Source of the DNA: the human T2T-CHM13v2.0 reference genome, Homo sapiens
Strand: one strand, 5' to 3'
NCBI RefSeq assembly: GCF_009914755.1
Contig: NC_060928.1
Length of the DNA: 64,000 nucleotides
Part shown: piece by piece, positions 41,377 through 55,227 of the stretch
Layout: the number at the start of each line of letters is the position of its first letter
How positions within the stretch are numbered: the stretch's first letter is position 1
Position numbers and translations under genes: made by a program
Notes under the pieces: model-generated
Database searches by the model: none
What the model saw: only the letters and a program-made list of their open reading frames with translations
Told to the model about the DNA's origin: nothing

Positions 41377-42869
41377 GAACTATTATGATTCACTAATAAA
41401 AAGACAACCCAATTTAAAAATGAGCAATGAGCAGAGGATCTGGATAGTTATTTCTCCAAAGCAGATATGCAAATGGCCTATAAACTCATAAAAAGATGCT
41501 CAATGTCATTAGCTATTAGGGAAGCGCAAATCAAAAACCTGAGATACCACTTCATACTCAGTAGAATGGCTATGATCAAAAAGATAGATAATTTTGTGTT
41601 GGAGAGAATGTAGAGAAGTTGTAGCACTCATATACTGCTGGTGGAATGTAAATGGTGAAGTTGCTTTAGAAAATAGTCTGGCAATTCATTAAATGTTAAA
41701 CATGGAGTTACCATATGGTCTAGCAATTACACTTTTAGGTATACACCTAAGAGAAAAGTAGATGTCCACACAGAAATTTATACACAAATGTTACATTATT
41801 CATAATAGCCAAAAAGGGGAAATAATGCAAATGTCCCTCAAGTGATAAATAAAATGTGGTATATTCATACCATGGTATATTCTGCAATAAAAAGTAATAA
41901 AATAACACATGCTATAACATGGATGACTTTGAAAACATGCTAAGTGAAAGAACCAGTTACAAAAGCTCACATATTGTATGATTCCAATTATATGACATGT
42001 CCAGAATAGGCAAATCTACACAAACAAAAAGATTAATGGTTGCTGAGGGATGGGGGGTGGAATGGGAGCACTGGGAGATGACAGCTGATGCAGAGTTTCT
42101 TTTTAGGGTAATAAAAAATATTGTGATGGATGCACAATTCTGTAAATATACTAATGGATTATATTAAGGTGAATTGTATGTTATGTGAATTATATCTTAA
42201 TAAAGCTGTTAAAAATTTTTTAAAATTAAATCTCCAAAGGCATCAGCCAAAAAATGACCAAGTCCAGAAAATCCAAAAGAGATATCAGAGGATATTCCTA
42301 TCTTGGGAGGAATTTCACTTATTAATTACTTGATATTACCTGGTTTGTCATTGTCTGGGCCCCCCAAAATTATGAATTGGTCCCCTTTGGGAGAAACTTA
42401 TAGTCAAGTAGGTGAGAAAAGCTTGCTCACTAATTTGTTAACTCACAATGCAGCTGGAGGTGCTTTGGAAACTCATGTCCTGGGGGTTGTTGGAGACATG
42501 GCTGAGAACCCTGCTTGTGATTGAGATTGAGGCATGGAAAGTGGATTACCACACAACCATACAATACATACACTAAGCAGTGCTGGCCACTATACTTCCA
42601 ATTCTTTTGCAGAAGCACTAAAGAAACGGGTAAATTAATCTTAAGTTTTACATAATTAACATCTTTTAGTTTAACATTTAGGTTGAGATGTAAAATTCTA
42701 TCTAATAGCAAAGCTGCCTGGTTATTCCAAGTGAAGATTAGGCTTTGGTATCTATAATCATGGGTGTTATATATTAATTTAATGCATAGTGTATGGTTAA
42801 AGTATCATTATACTGTTAGACTTGTAAGGGACTTTCTTTGCCCCAGCCTTCTTCATTTTGATTGCTTAC

Positions 42870-43490
42870 TTTGTGTCACCACCTTTATATGCACAACCCT
42901 CCAATACACGAGCGAGATGTTTAGGCTCTGTTCCCAGAATGTATCTTCATTCTATGCACATTACTTTATCTCTACCTCTACCACCTGTGTACAAGTCACC
43001 ATCATCGCTTGCCTGCCATACTTTCTAACTGGTCGCCCTGCTTCTATGCCTGTCTTCCATTCGTCTCACGGGAGCCACCATTATTATTATTGCTTTAAAA
43101 CACAAACTGGTTCATGTTATTTCTTAAGACTCTTTGGTAGCTTCCCATGGCACTCAGGAAGAAAACCAAATCTTTATGATCCTGCCCTTGCTTGTTTCTC
43201 AGACTCAGCTTCTCTAGCCCCTCATTCGTCCACAGGGCTCAGATGATTCCAGCCTACTCCAGCTAATATTGCCCCACTATCCCCAATGCTAGACACTGCC
43301 ACATTGCCTTATTCTATTTTTCTCATAGTACTTATCACTATGTGGAGTTTTCTTATTTGTTTGTTTACCTGTTTATGATAAATAGTTCTCACTGCGTTTG
43401 TCTTGCTAATTGCAATTTGTTCAACCTTAACAACAGTGTCTGTCATACAGTCCAGGATTCATACATAGTTGTTGAATGAATGAATGTAAA
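42870..43490 (+). mobile_element. L2 3' fragment
   Basis: 'caagtcaccatcatcgcttgcctg...', ending 'tagttgttgaatgaatgaatg'. Confidence 0.65.
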
Positions 43491-45274
43491 TGAACTGGAT
43501 CCCTCAGATTGGAAACTGGAAATGAGTAGAAGGATAGGTAGTGTTCCATCTGAAGAGATAATAAGTTATGTCCTTCATAAGTATGTTTATTGGGGTATAT
43601 TATTTTGTGAGAATTATTTGCATGAAATAATTTAGAACATATTTGCTTTGGAGTATTTGATATCAGCAAAACCTTGTGCCACAAAAATTAATGTCAAAAT
43701 TAAGTGATCAAATTTTAAATATAAACCAATTTCAACCAAAAGTTCTAAATTTGCTGTCATTGAATAATTTAGTCACTTATTCTTACTCATAATGATAAAA
43801 TCAATACTTTTCCCTCACAACTATGATTCATTTCTCATACCTGTAGTACTACTGTCTTTTCAAACACCTTAGCAAGGTCTTAATACAAAGTTATAGTGTC
43901 TTTAATGTTATTATCTTCTGCATATACTGGGTATTTCCAACAAAAAAGTACAACAATGTTTTCTTCAATATAATTGAAAATATTCTGCTCCTGTTTAAAT
44001 GAAACTAGAGTTTCAAAATGCAGTTTTGTATTATATGAAAGAACTCTTGAAAGAAATTTTTAAAGAATTAGTATCTCCAGGATATTTAAAATCAGGTTCA
44101 ACTCACACACAATCTTTTGGGAAAAACACTTATTGAGTATTTTATTCAAAAAGTAAATGCACATTCAAAGGGAAATGATCTGCTGTATCATAATATCTAG
44201 TGTTGGATCTTACATTCAATAGCGTTATTTCAAACAGATGAAAAGAGATTAATTAAATTATTTTTTTTTTACTTTAAAAGTTTCCTGCATATCAGAGCCA
44301 AGATGTGAAAAATTCATACTTAATTAGAAGTGCTGCTTCTTTTCCAAAGGTTACCAAACAGCATTTCAATAATGCTGGTTTCTATACAAAGTATTATTAT
44401 AAAATAGTCCCTGAACTTGTGTATAAGACAATCAACATAATATTGTCATACATTTAGACATTTTTAAAAGCAGCTTTATTGAGGTAGAATTGATATACAA
44501 TAAACTTCATGTGTCTAACATGTAGAATTTAAGTTCTGATACATATATATAACTGTGAAGCCATCACTACATTCAAGATAAGAAACATATCCATTCCTTC
44601 CAAAAGTTTCCTCTTGACCCATGGAATGGTTCTTATCTGTAACTAGATAAGCTTTTTCATCAGCATTCAGCACAACTTATTGAGTGCCCACCATGTTTTA
44701 GATAATGAGCAGGATATTGGAAATTGAGTGGTCAGCTGAAACAGACAGGATCCAGACTGTTATAGAATGTATGTTGCATCAGGAAGACAAATACTAATCA
44801 AATTATTATGTGAATAAATATAAAATTACCACGGTATATTGTACTCTGGGCAAGCTAGGCTGTATCTGTATATAATGATTGTATCCCCAAATATTTCTGG
44901 GCCTCCACACCTATATCAGAAACCCTTTAATGTTGCTTATAGGGCTTTTGCAATGTATCTAAAAATTTACACTAAACATTTTGTTTCTACTGCATGTTAT
45001 GTCTTTTATTTTGAAAACAGTATGGTATGATGTTTGATGTATGAAAAGGATAACCAGTGGAGAAAAATATTATTATATAATTTATTTTCTTGATGTTGAC
45101 CAGAAAGTCAATATTGAAAAAGAAAAAGGGAAGGAAAAAAACCTCCCAAGAAAATCTTGCTTTTTTTTCTCACCATGTCACATTAGGTGTTATTTCAAGG
45201 AGACAAAGTCACAATAATGAGGTAAAAAATATTGACGGGGGAAAGTCCAGAATTTTTATTAAAAATCAAGCATA

Positions 45275-45649
<375 letters not shown>

Positions 45650-47074
45650 TTAATTTAGAAAGAATGCCAGGCTTAAGTAAGATCATTTTCTGATGAAATA
45701 AGCTATAGCTTTCAAATATAAAATATTTGCCAATTGTGTTTGAGCCTCTTAGATGATATGGCCCCTGTTCAGCGGTTCATAATTCACTTTAGTGTTTAGT
45801 AGATTTATTGGAAAATCACAACTTTTTTTTCTCTGACCCCAAAAATCTCAGAAACAACATCTGCTGTAAAGAGGGATTGTTTATCACTGTAGCTTCTTGC
45901 CAACTTTGAACTGTGAGGAAATCCACCAAATGGAGAAAGAGAATGAATACTTAATTCAGGATTACATTTAGGTATTTGTCCCAGAGAGCAGAAGCTGGGG
46001 TCAGGGGCAGACACTTTAAGGAAAAGATATAAAGGAACTAAATGGAGGTTTGTGTAAGCTGGAGACACTGAAGGTATGAGCACAGGTGAACTCGTGCCGG
46101 GTGTGGGAGCAGAGTCTACACCTCTTGTATAGATCTGCTTGTCTGTGCCAGACTGCAAATGGCAGCTTTTTTCTCCCTGCCCGTATCCTCCTGTCGTCTG
46201 TTTTACGTTTGGTCTAAACACCTGAACACTGACCTTAGCCTATTAAATTGGAATCTCTTCTCTCTTCTTCCTGAATCCATGGTATTCTGATTCCAATTTG
46301 CCTCCCCAGCTTCAGCAGCCATATATTCTCTAATTGAAGCAGCTGCAATCTGTTGCCTCGTGTAGCCACTCAGTTTCCCATGCCCACTGGTTTAATTCTG
46401 CACCTAGTCCTGGCCCCTTTTGGCTTCCTCTGGGTTGTTCTTGATCTAAAACTGACAGTGCAGAAGGCAAAGGGAGACCTGTAGGTTGGGAAATAGTATT
46501 AATAAAAAATTTGAATAGGTACATGGGAGCCAGATTATGAAGAACCATGCAAACCAGCAAAGGTGATAGGAATGAATGCACAGAACAAAAGGTAGTCATT
46601 GTAGGGAGGCTCTGGGACACATGATAACCTTGTACTTTGAAAAGGTTTTTGTGGTGATAATAGAATATGAAGCATGGATTAGAGGTAGAGAAACCAGACT
46701 GGAGATGATAAAGGTCTGTTCAATTAACAGAGGAAATGGTGATTTTAAAAAGTTAAGTTTGAATATAATATGAGGCATTTATAGTAATACTTCTGGGACT
46801 ATGGAGAATAAAGGACAATAGTCTATCTGCAGAAAAAACAGATACTCTTCCCTCTCTAGTTACAGATGTAAGTATAGATATAGATATACTTGAACTTTTT
46901 AGATGTTGGGTTAATTTCCTACTGAGTCAGAAATTCTGACGTTTGAGGAGGGAAGAGTACCTGACTTAAGGAACAGAACTGAAATCAGAAGATGTGGGTT
47001 TGGATCTCAGCTCTGGAACTTTTGAGTGGTTTAATCATGGGAATGTCATTTGAAGACCTTTCTGAACCTCAGAT

Positions 47075-47290
47075 TAGCTCAGTGGGTTAACATGCGGGCT
47101 CTGCAGTCAAACTGCTAGACTCTGATCCAGGTTATACCACTTGCCAGATGCTTCATTTTGGAGAAGTTACCAACTTTTCTCTGCCTCAGATTCCTCATCT
47201 GTCAAATGGGGATAATTATAACGCCTATTTCATAGGATTATTGTGAGAAGTACCTGAGATATTTTATTGCAACATACAATACAAATTTTA
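47075..47290 (+). mobile_element. MIR
   Basis: 'ctcagtgggttaacatgcgggctctgcagtcaaactgc...gcctcagattcctcatctgtcaaatggggataat'. Confidence 0.75.
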
Positions 47291-47295
47291 GTTGC

Positions 47296-47589
47296 TTTTA
47301 TTTATTTATTTAGAGTCTCATTCGGTTGTCCGGGCTGGAGTGCAGTGGTGTGAGCTTGGCTCACTGCAACCTCTGACTCCTTGGTTCAAGCGATTCTGGT
47401 GCCTCAGCCTCCTGAGTAGCTGGGATTACAGGCGTCTGCCACCATACCTGGCTAATTTTTGCATTTTTAGTAGGGACGGGGTTTCAACATTTGCCCAGAC
47501 TTGTTCAAACTCCTGAGCTCAAGTGATTTGGCCTCCTCAGCCTTCCAAAGTGCTAGGATTTCAGGCCTGAGCCACCGTGCCCTACCTGC
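47296..47589 (-). mobile_element. Alu (older S/J), minus strand
   Basis: (TTTA)n tail followed by 'gagtctca...ggctggagtgcagtgg...gagccaccgtgcc'. Confidence 0.92.
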
Positions 47590-47929
47590 CGTTATTATTT
47601 TAATTTAGTACATCCAACATTTTTCCTACTCTGTAAGTGACATAAAATTAACGATTATAGTTACTAGAGGCATTTTCTTCAGTCATGCCTTTCTTGGTAA
47701 AGTCTAATAATGCAAGTTTATGTAATCTATCATTTGTATGACAAAAGGCATCAATGTTAGATATTTAATTGTGATGGAGGATTCTATTTACTGGTTTCAA
47801 GAAACTTGCTGTAAAAATGCTCATTAGTAATATTTAAAACAATGTGCCTCTTTGGGTCATTATGTAAATGAATAAATATAAAATCACCACTGTATATTGT
47901 ACTGTTGGAAAGGTAGTCTACAAATGTAT

Positions 47930-48390
47930 ATATTGATTGTATCCCCAAATATTCAACTGCACATAATGGAAAATCCCAAAGGTTCAATTGCACATAATGG
48001 AAAATCCCAAAGTAGCAGTAATTTAAACAAGGTAGAGGTTCATTTGTCTCTCATATAAAAAAAGTCTGAAGATATCTCTACACTGCCTTCAGAGATCCGG
48101 AGACTTCTATTTGTACTCTGCAATGCTAACACATAGCTTCCATCCTCAAGGTCACCTCATAGTCCTAGCACACTGAGTCAGATTCTTTCAGCATCTACTT
48201 CTGAAGCCTCAGATAAAAGTTATGTTCAGCTCTTATTGGCTCATCACCTGGCCATGTGTAGCAGATAGGGAGGATGGGAAATTAGTTATTTATTCAACCA
48301 GTAATGTACCTAGATAAAAATTTGGGATTCTGATACTTAAGGGAAGGAGAGAATGGATTAGCAGGTAGGCAGCCAGCATTCTCTGCCAAA
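47930..48390 (-). mobile_element. MLT1J/K-type LTR
   Basis: 'gcagtaatttaaacaaggtagaggttcatttgtctctcatataa...ggagagaatggattagcaggtaggcagccagcattctctgcca'. Confidence 0.6.
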
Positions 48391-51019
48391 CTTTTCAGTA
48401 AATCTCAGAAATCTTTCTCAAGGTTGCATTATGAAAATTCTGGAGCTTTCCATGGACGAAATAATACATTTTGTCCAAATTGTGTTTTTAAATGTAAAAA
48501 AAAACCAGAGTTTGCATCATCCTAGAAACAGGTTACATGAAACAGGGTTTTAAACTGCTGACACTTAGCAAAGAACTTGTTAAATGTGAACCGAAATAGT
48601 ATTAAACGGAGTACAATAGAGAATAGAGGCTGAAATTAATTTTGTGAGGTAGTAACTTATTAAGGTGACTTTCTGGATAAAAATAAATGGAATCTTGGAG
48701 GTGAATAAGATACTAACAAAGCAATGGATGAAGTAAAACGAAAAGATTTCTTTTAGTTTTTCCTTTGTTTATACAAAAAAAAGGGAAAAGTAAAAAAATT
48801 ATTGATTTTTGAAGAGACAAGTTCCATAATGGTATTTTGGGAACATCATCTCTTAGCTATGCTCAAACTACACCGTGAGGGAAAGCGCAGAAGGAGAGCC
48901 CGGTTAGGATGCGCCTGTGGCCATCTTGTCAATGGAAGTTTTCTGTACTTATGTGTAGTTTTGGGGTCCCAAAAGGATTATCCAAAGCAAACTTCATTTT
49001 AAAAATTTAATATTCAATTTATTAAATTTGTATGTAACAAACATAGCTCTTCTTTAAGCTTTGAAATTTAACTTAATTATTTTAGTATACTTAGACATCT
49101 AAGTAGATTTAACTTAATTATTTTATTGTACTTAGACATCTCACAAATTTTGAAAATTACTTTTGAAGCGGTGTTTAATTAATGTTTGATTCCATTTATA
49201 AACTTAAACCCCCTTAAACATTTTAAACTATACTGACAAAGTTGATACATTTCCTTTTCATATTTAAGTGCTTTAGTCATCTGAAAAAGCCTTCTCAGTA
49301 CTGAAATAACTATCATAATACGATAAATTTAAATTATAGAAGATATGTCTTAGGCTTTTATAAACTCTCTAATACTGATTAATTTTGACATAGAATCTTT
49401 GTCAATTAGTCTCATCACTTTAATTTGGAATTACACAGATAATTTTAGTAACAGGTCAAATTCTCCTAAATATAGTGACTATTTCTAAACCTTACTAAAA
49501 ATATTAGTACTATAAGTTTGATTTACTTAATCCTATATATGTATATGTAATTCTACAGGTTCACAGCTATTGATTCTCTTGGAAACAATTATGCTATCCA
49601 AACAATTTCAGGGTTAGCATGCTAAGCACTTTCGGAGGTTATACTTTTAGCTGGCTGAGGTTGAATGTTAACCAGAGATGTCATCTGAGACATTTGAGCT
49701 CTAGCATTACAGATATCCTTGAAAATTTTATGACATTTTTGGCTGTCAATGTGCCTGAGTCCTCCAGATTCAAGTCATCCATTACCTAATACTTTTCTCT
49801 ACCACATTTGGTCCATTTGGTTGATTTCAACTAGTTTATTACTGTGTCACCCCACTCTAAACTATTTTCATATTTTTTCTTATTAGGACTGGCAGGTATA
49901 GTTCTTTTAATGACATTGATTTGGATTTTGTTTACCTCCCAGTGCTTCCTCTAACTGGTACCTTTCAGGTTAAGGGCTAAGCTTACAGCCTGAATGAGGG
50001 TGACAGCAACTGGGTGGAAACAAAGTGCAAAATGGAAAGGTATTAGGAAGGGAGAATAGACAGTAAACACTAAGGTTGGGGATGGATTCCAGGAAGAGGA
50101 GACCACGTTGAACAAAGACCCAGAGGAAAGGTGGAGCTTGGCAGCTCCAAATCCTCACTCCATATCTGCCCACTCCCAACATCCCCAGCAGTTATTATGG
50201 ATGGAGGGTGATGTCCTCTCCTGCTGCATTCCTGTGGGAACACCCAACCTAAAATATTTATCTAGACTAAGGTATAGAAAATCTGTAATTTCAGAGCTTC
50301 CTTGGGTCTTTTGGTGGCCAGAATTTGCTAAGCAAGGACAGACAGCTCTGTTTCCTGAAGAGATAGATTTGTCTTACCCACCAATAAGCCTCTCCCTGTG
50401 TTTGGAAACTAGAGGATGAATATGAGAGTAGTAGTTGGAATGAACATTCGTAACAAAAAGTGCTGTCTCCTGGCTGGAAAAGGGAGTGTGTGAAGATCAT
50501 TCAATTTTTATAGAACAATCTCCTCTTCAGTACGAACCTATTTGGTAGTTTCTGAAAAATCATTCCTTGTTCTTTTGCATGTGTGTGTCAAGAAAAGAGA
50601 TATGCCAGAATGATACAATAATTATTTTCTAACTGAGCAGGAAGGATGGTGAGACATGTCACACCAATGGAAGGACCTCATCTCAGGCAGGTTCTTAATA
50701 TGCCACCCTCATCCACTCTAGCCCCCTCCCTCTGTTTATTTCATTCTAGTCATAATTACCCAGTCTCTGAGCACTAGCTTATTGAGTTCAGTGTATTGCA
50801 CTGGTCTCAAGATGGTAAGGGTTTTCTGGAGTGGGAAAGGGGTTGGCAGTGAGAAGCTGTGAGAACATTTGTGGGGAAAAGATGATTGAACAGTAGGACA
50901 GGGAAGCAAGTCTAGAGACTGGCATGTGCCCTCAAGGAGAGTCTCTGTGAACAGGGTGAACTATTTTTTCCCCTTTTTCCTTGAACTGTGGTGACATCAT
51001 ATTTACCCTAAAGTTTTGC

Positions 51020-51700
51020 ATTTCAATTTTAGAATTTTGACATAATTTCAGATTACAGAAAAGTTGCTAGGATCCAACAAAGAACATTTTTACTATACGG
51101 TATTTGCTTTATTCTTCTCTCTTTCTTTCTCTCTATTGTTTTTTCGGAACTGTTTGGGAGAAAGTTGCTGGCATGAATCCTGTTACTCCTAAATACTTCA
51201 AAGTGTGTTTTCCTAAGGCAAGCACATTCTCTTACATAACCACAACACACTGATTAAAATCAGGAATTTAATATTAAAACAATACTATTATCTCATTTAC
51301 AGACCTTCTTCAGATTTTATCTTTTGTTCCAATAATGTTCTCTAGATCATGTGTTGCATTCAGTTGTCATGTCCTTTTAATCTCTTTCACTTGGAACAGT
51401 CTTCCTTTGAATTTCATGATATTGACTTTTTTGAATAGTACAGGCCATTTGTTTTGTAGACTACCCCTCAGTATGGGGTTGTCTGATGTCACCTCGTGGC
51501 TTTGGCAGGAAGTCATGTTGCGTTGCTGTCAGTGCATCCTACAGGCACAGGATGTGAATACCCCTTTCCTGTTGATGTTAACTTTGACCACTTGGGTTAA
51601 GATGGGACTGACAGGTTTGTCGACTGTAAGGTTACTATTTATCCTTTGGTAATTAGTGTTATCTGGTAGGGAGATTAGTTTTACATTGTTAATCAGTCTT
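51020..51700 (-). mobile_element. L1MC-like 3' end, minus strand
   Basis: 'tttcagattacagaaaagttgc...cattctcttacataaccacaac...gtacaggccatttgttttgtaga'. Confidence 0.7.
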
Positions 51701-53574
51701 ACATTGTAATTTCACTCTGTGTATTTGGAACGAAAATTTTGTTGTTGTTTCTTTTACTTTTTAATTTTTCTTTCCCCTAAAGGTGTCTTACTTGTCTACT
51801 TGGTTATTCTCAGTGCTGCTGCAGGTACCTACCCTTACATCTTTGTTGGCCCAAGCCTGTAACCCTGTCTGCACTGGCAACTGCCCATACTAGCAGAGTG
51901 TTGATGGCAGAGGGAGGAAGCCACAGCTCCCATTGCTCCCTCATCTCTTCAACCTAGAACACAGCCATAAAAACTACATGAAATGTACTTCACTGAGAGT
52001 TTTGGGGGTTACCAAAAGAAATTCTATAAGATGGAAAATAAGAAGATATTCCCTTTAAATTCATGACACTTACAAAAAGTTTGTAAACTATACAAAGGCA
52101 TAGTTTACCTCATACCTTTGTTACAAAAGACATTGAGGCAATTTGTTCTGTAGACCTTATATATACCTCTTCTGTTATGTGGGAAGCTTAGTTCCTGCAT
52201 GAGATCAGATAAATAACAAAACCAGTATTATCACACTTGAAAACTAATATTAGTTCTTTCATATTGTTACATATCCAGGAGAAGCTCAAGGTAATTTAAC
52301 TTTTAGTGATTCTTTGCACACAAGTTGGATATCAAAGCTGGAGAAAATTTTCTCATTGAGAAAAACTCTTATGATTGGTGTAAATGTACAGCAATAGTGA
52401 AAGGAAACATTTTACTCTGACCTACAGGAAATCTTATTGTTTCTAGTTTTTCTTTACAGAGTAGACAGTGGAAAAAATTATAGAGTAAAATATAGATATT
52501 TCCTTTTGAATGTCTTTTTCCAGACATATTAGCTAAGATGTTCAGGGAGCGTGTGTGAGAAATGAGATGGCATTTTCAGTAAGAGCTAACGAGAGGAGTA
52601 AGCACACATTGAAATTTCCATTCTGCCAAAAACCTGGTCCAGTGAATATTTCATCTTAAATAATAAGAGGAAAAGCTAATCTCACATTCTCTCAATTTCA
52701 TTTTAGATTGTTTTCTGGCATTGGGAAGTATAGAGAGAGTTTTCTTTTTCTTTTTTTCTTATCACAACACTGTATGTCTTAAAAATACTGGCAATTGAGA
52801 GTGTTGAAATAGTGAGTGAATTATTTGGATTGGTCACCTTGAAGAAGCTGAAAGAACTTGGCAGGTATTCAAAAACTGGAGATTGAATGAGTTAAGGGTA
52901 AAATTGATCTGTCTTGCAGCTTTCTGTCTAAAAAACTGCCTCCTTTTTTGCAGTCTTGGAGTCTAAACTCTCTTGTTTCAAACACTGAGAAGTTTTAAAA
53001 GCCCTGACAAATGCCAGTAAAATCTATCAAGCAAGGTCAAGGAAACTACTTCCTCTCATCCAGTCATAGGTATCCAGGCAGTTTGCTCAGGCACCTAGAG
53101 TGCCACTCAAAGCAAGGCAGTCTGCCGCGCTTGAGCTCTGTTCTTATTTCCCCATAGTACATTCAACTGCCTGAGCATCTGACTCAGACATAGCAGAGAT
53201 ATTGCTGCTGCCAGAGGGTAATAGTTTGTCCTGTTATCCTGGAATGCCCTTGCACTGAGAAAATGAGAAACTGGGCAACTCAATGAATTTCCCATCCTGT
53301 GGATTTCTCACTGGCTCTCCCTGGCTCTATTTCTTCTTCCATTTTAGAGGGAATAGTCATCCTGCTTTTCAGGCTACCACCTTTTCTTTGGAATCAGTTG
53401 GATGCATTTAATGCATATGGAAGAGATGCTGAGAGGGCATGTAGTAGAAATAAGAATAAAATATTTCATTTTTTTCTGATTTCTTGGAGAATGAAATGTT
53501 CCATGTAAGTGTATTTTTCTAGACAATTGAAATCTATGCCTTAAATGTCAAAACTTGTTTTTAACTTTGAGAAA

Positions 53575-53822
53575 TGATGTAGCACAGTGGTTAAGCACAC
53601 AGACTTTGAGGCAAATTGTCTGTATTTAATCACTCTCTACCTTCGTAACTTCAGGCACTTAGCCCCTTGTGCCTCAATTTCCTCATCTGTGGAGTGAAGA
53701 TAATAATAGACCTTATCTTACAGGGTTATGGAGAGGATTAAATAGTATTAAATGAGTTATTATATGTAAACATTTAAAACAATGTCAAATATATAGTAAG
53801 CATATAGAAGTTATTATTATTA
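53575..53822 (+). mobile_element. MIR
   Basis: 'gcacagtggttaagcacacagactttgag...gtgcctcaatttcctcatctgt'. Confidence 0.8.
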
Positions 53823-54199
53823 ATTTATCCATTCATATACAAATCTTACCCTGAAATGGTACCCATCTTCTTGTTATCTTTTATAGAGTATATTGAACAT
53901 TGACTACTCAGTGCCTTCATACTCAGGGAAAGAATATAGTCATGCCTTCAGAGAGTCCTAAGATGATGCCGACGATGAAACAATAGCTAACATGGTTTCA
54001 TGAATGTTCTTGGTTAATCCCTGCAAAAAACCTCTAGGATAGGCACACTAATAAATAGACTTAGAAGGTGTAAGTACTTGCCTGACTTCACATAGCTAGA
54101 ACCAGATGTGAGATACAAACTCAGGGCTGTCTTACTTCAACGCTGGTAGTCTTGGTCACCTTACCACACTGCCTTGTGGTCAGGACTCCTCATCCCCAC

Positions 54200-54380
54200 A
54201 ATGGTTTCCAAACTTGAGTATCCCACAGGATCACCAGGAGGGCTTGTTAGAGCATAGATTTCTGGATTCCACCCCAGAAGCTCGGATTCAGTAGTTTTGG
54301 GGTGAAGGTTGAGAATTTGCATTCTAAGTTGCCAGGTGATGCTAACGCTGCTGGTCCACAGGAACCACACTTTGAGAACC
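54200..54380. mobile_element. MER5A
   Basis: 'ccccagaagctcggattcagtag...gagaatttgcattctaag...ccaggtgatgctaacgctgctggtcc...accacactttgagaacc'. Confidence 0.8.
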
Positions 54381-55209
54381 AATATTTTCACTAAATGACT
54401 CCAGACAATATTTAATACCAATTATTTTTTATTTTCTCTTTACTATCAGTTGCCACTTGAAGCTATCAATGTATTCTTTTGCTTTTAAACACTATTCTAC
54501 GCACATCTAGCCATTTAAAAACTCTCTATAACCTACCTCCTGTGGTATTTGTGGATTTTATGACAGCAGTTGCTGTTTAAGAGGCTGCTTTCAATCACTA
54601 ATCAGTTCCCTCGTGCACTTGGCTCATGAACGCCACGAGGACTTTGACTTCTTTTCTTAAACATTGCTTCTTTTAATTTTAATGTATAAAGTATCGAGTG
54701 ACTAAGATTCATGAATTTAAATATCTATCATATGCCATTTTTTCCCCTTCCCAATGTTGAGGACTTTATGCCCATTGTTATAGTAAACTAAATATGGCCT
54801 GAGAAGGACTCTGTAATTCTATATTTGAATTCTTGTGAATGGACTGTAACCTAGCTTAATAGTCAGACAAAATTGAAACTCTAACTTAATAGTATGCACC
54901 TGTAACAATGGCTGAGTGTTGGCCAATCCCAGCGGCCATACTTCAACCACTCACAGAGGTTGAATGTTCAAACTGCGTCCAAATAAGGCAAATGTCAAGC
55001 CATAAGCAATCTCACTGTTTCTGTACCTCACTTCCTATTCCTGTAAGTCACTGTACCTTTTTTTGTTCATAAATTTGTTCCAACTATGAGGCACCCCTGG
55101 AGTCTCTGTGAATCTGCTGTGATTCTGGGGGCTGCCCAATTTGTGAATCGTTTACTGCTCAATTCAACTCCTTTAAATTTAATTCAGCTGAAGTTTTTCT
55201 TTTATCAGA

Positions 55210-55227
55210 TGGTGTCAGAAGCGGGAT
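55210..55227 (+). promoter_or_regulatory. Primer-binding site, tRNA-Leu type
   Basis: TGGTGTCAGAAGCGGGAT, 2 nt after the 5' LTR. One mismatch to the complement of the tRNA-Leu 3' end (TGGTGTCAGAAGTGGGAT). Confidence 0.85.

Noticed and set aside
42764-43246. 160-aa ORF
   Set aside because: Non-ATG start, overlaps a decayed L2, and has no recognisable domain or splice context.
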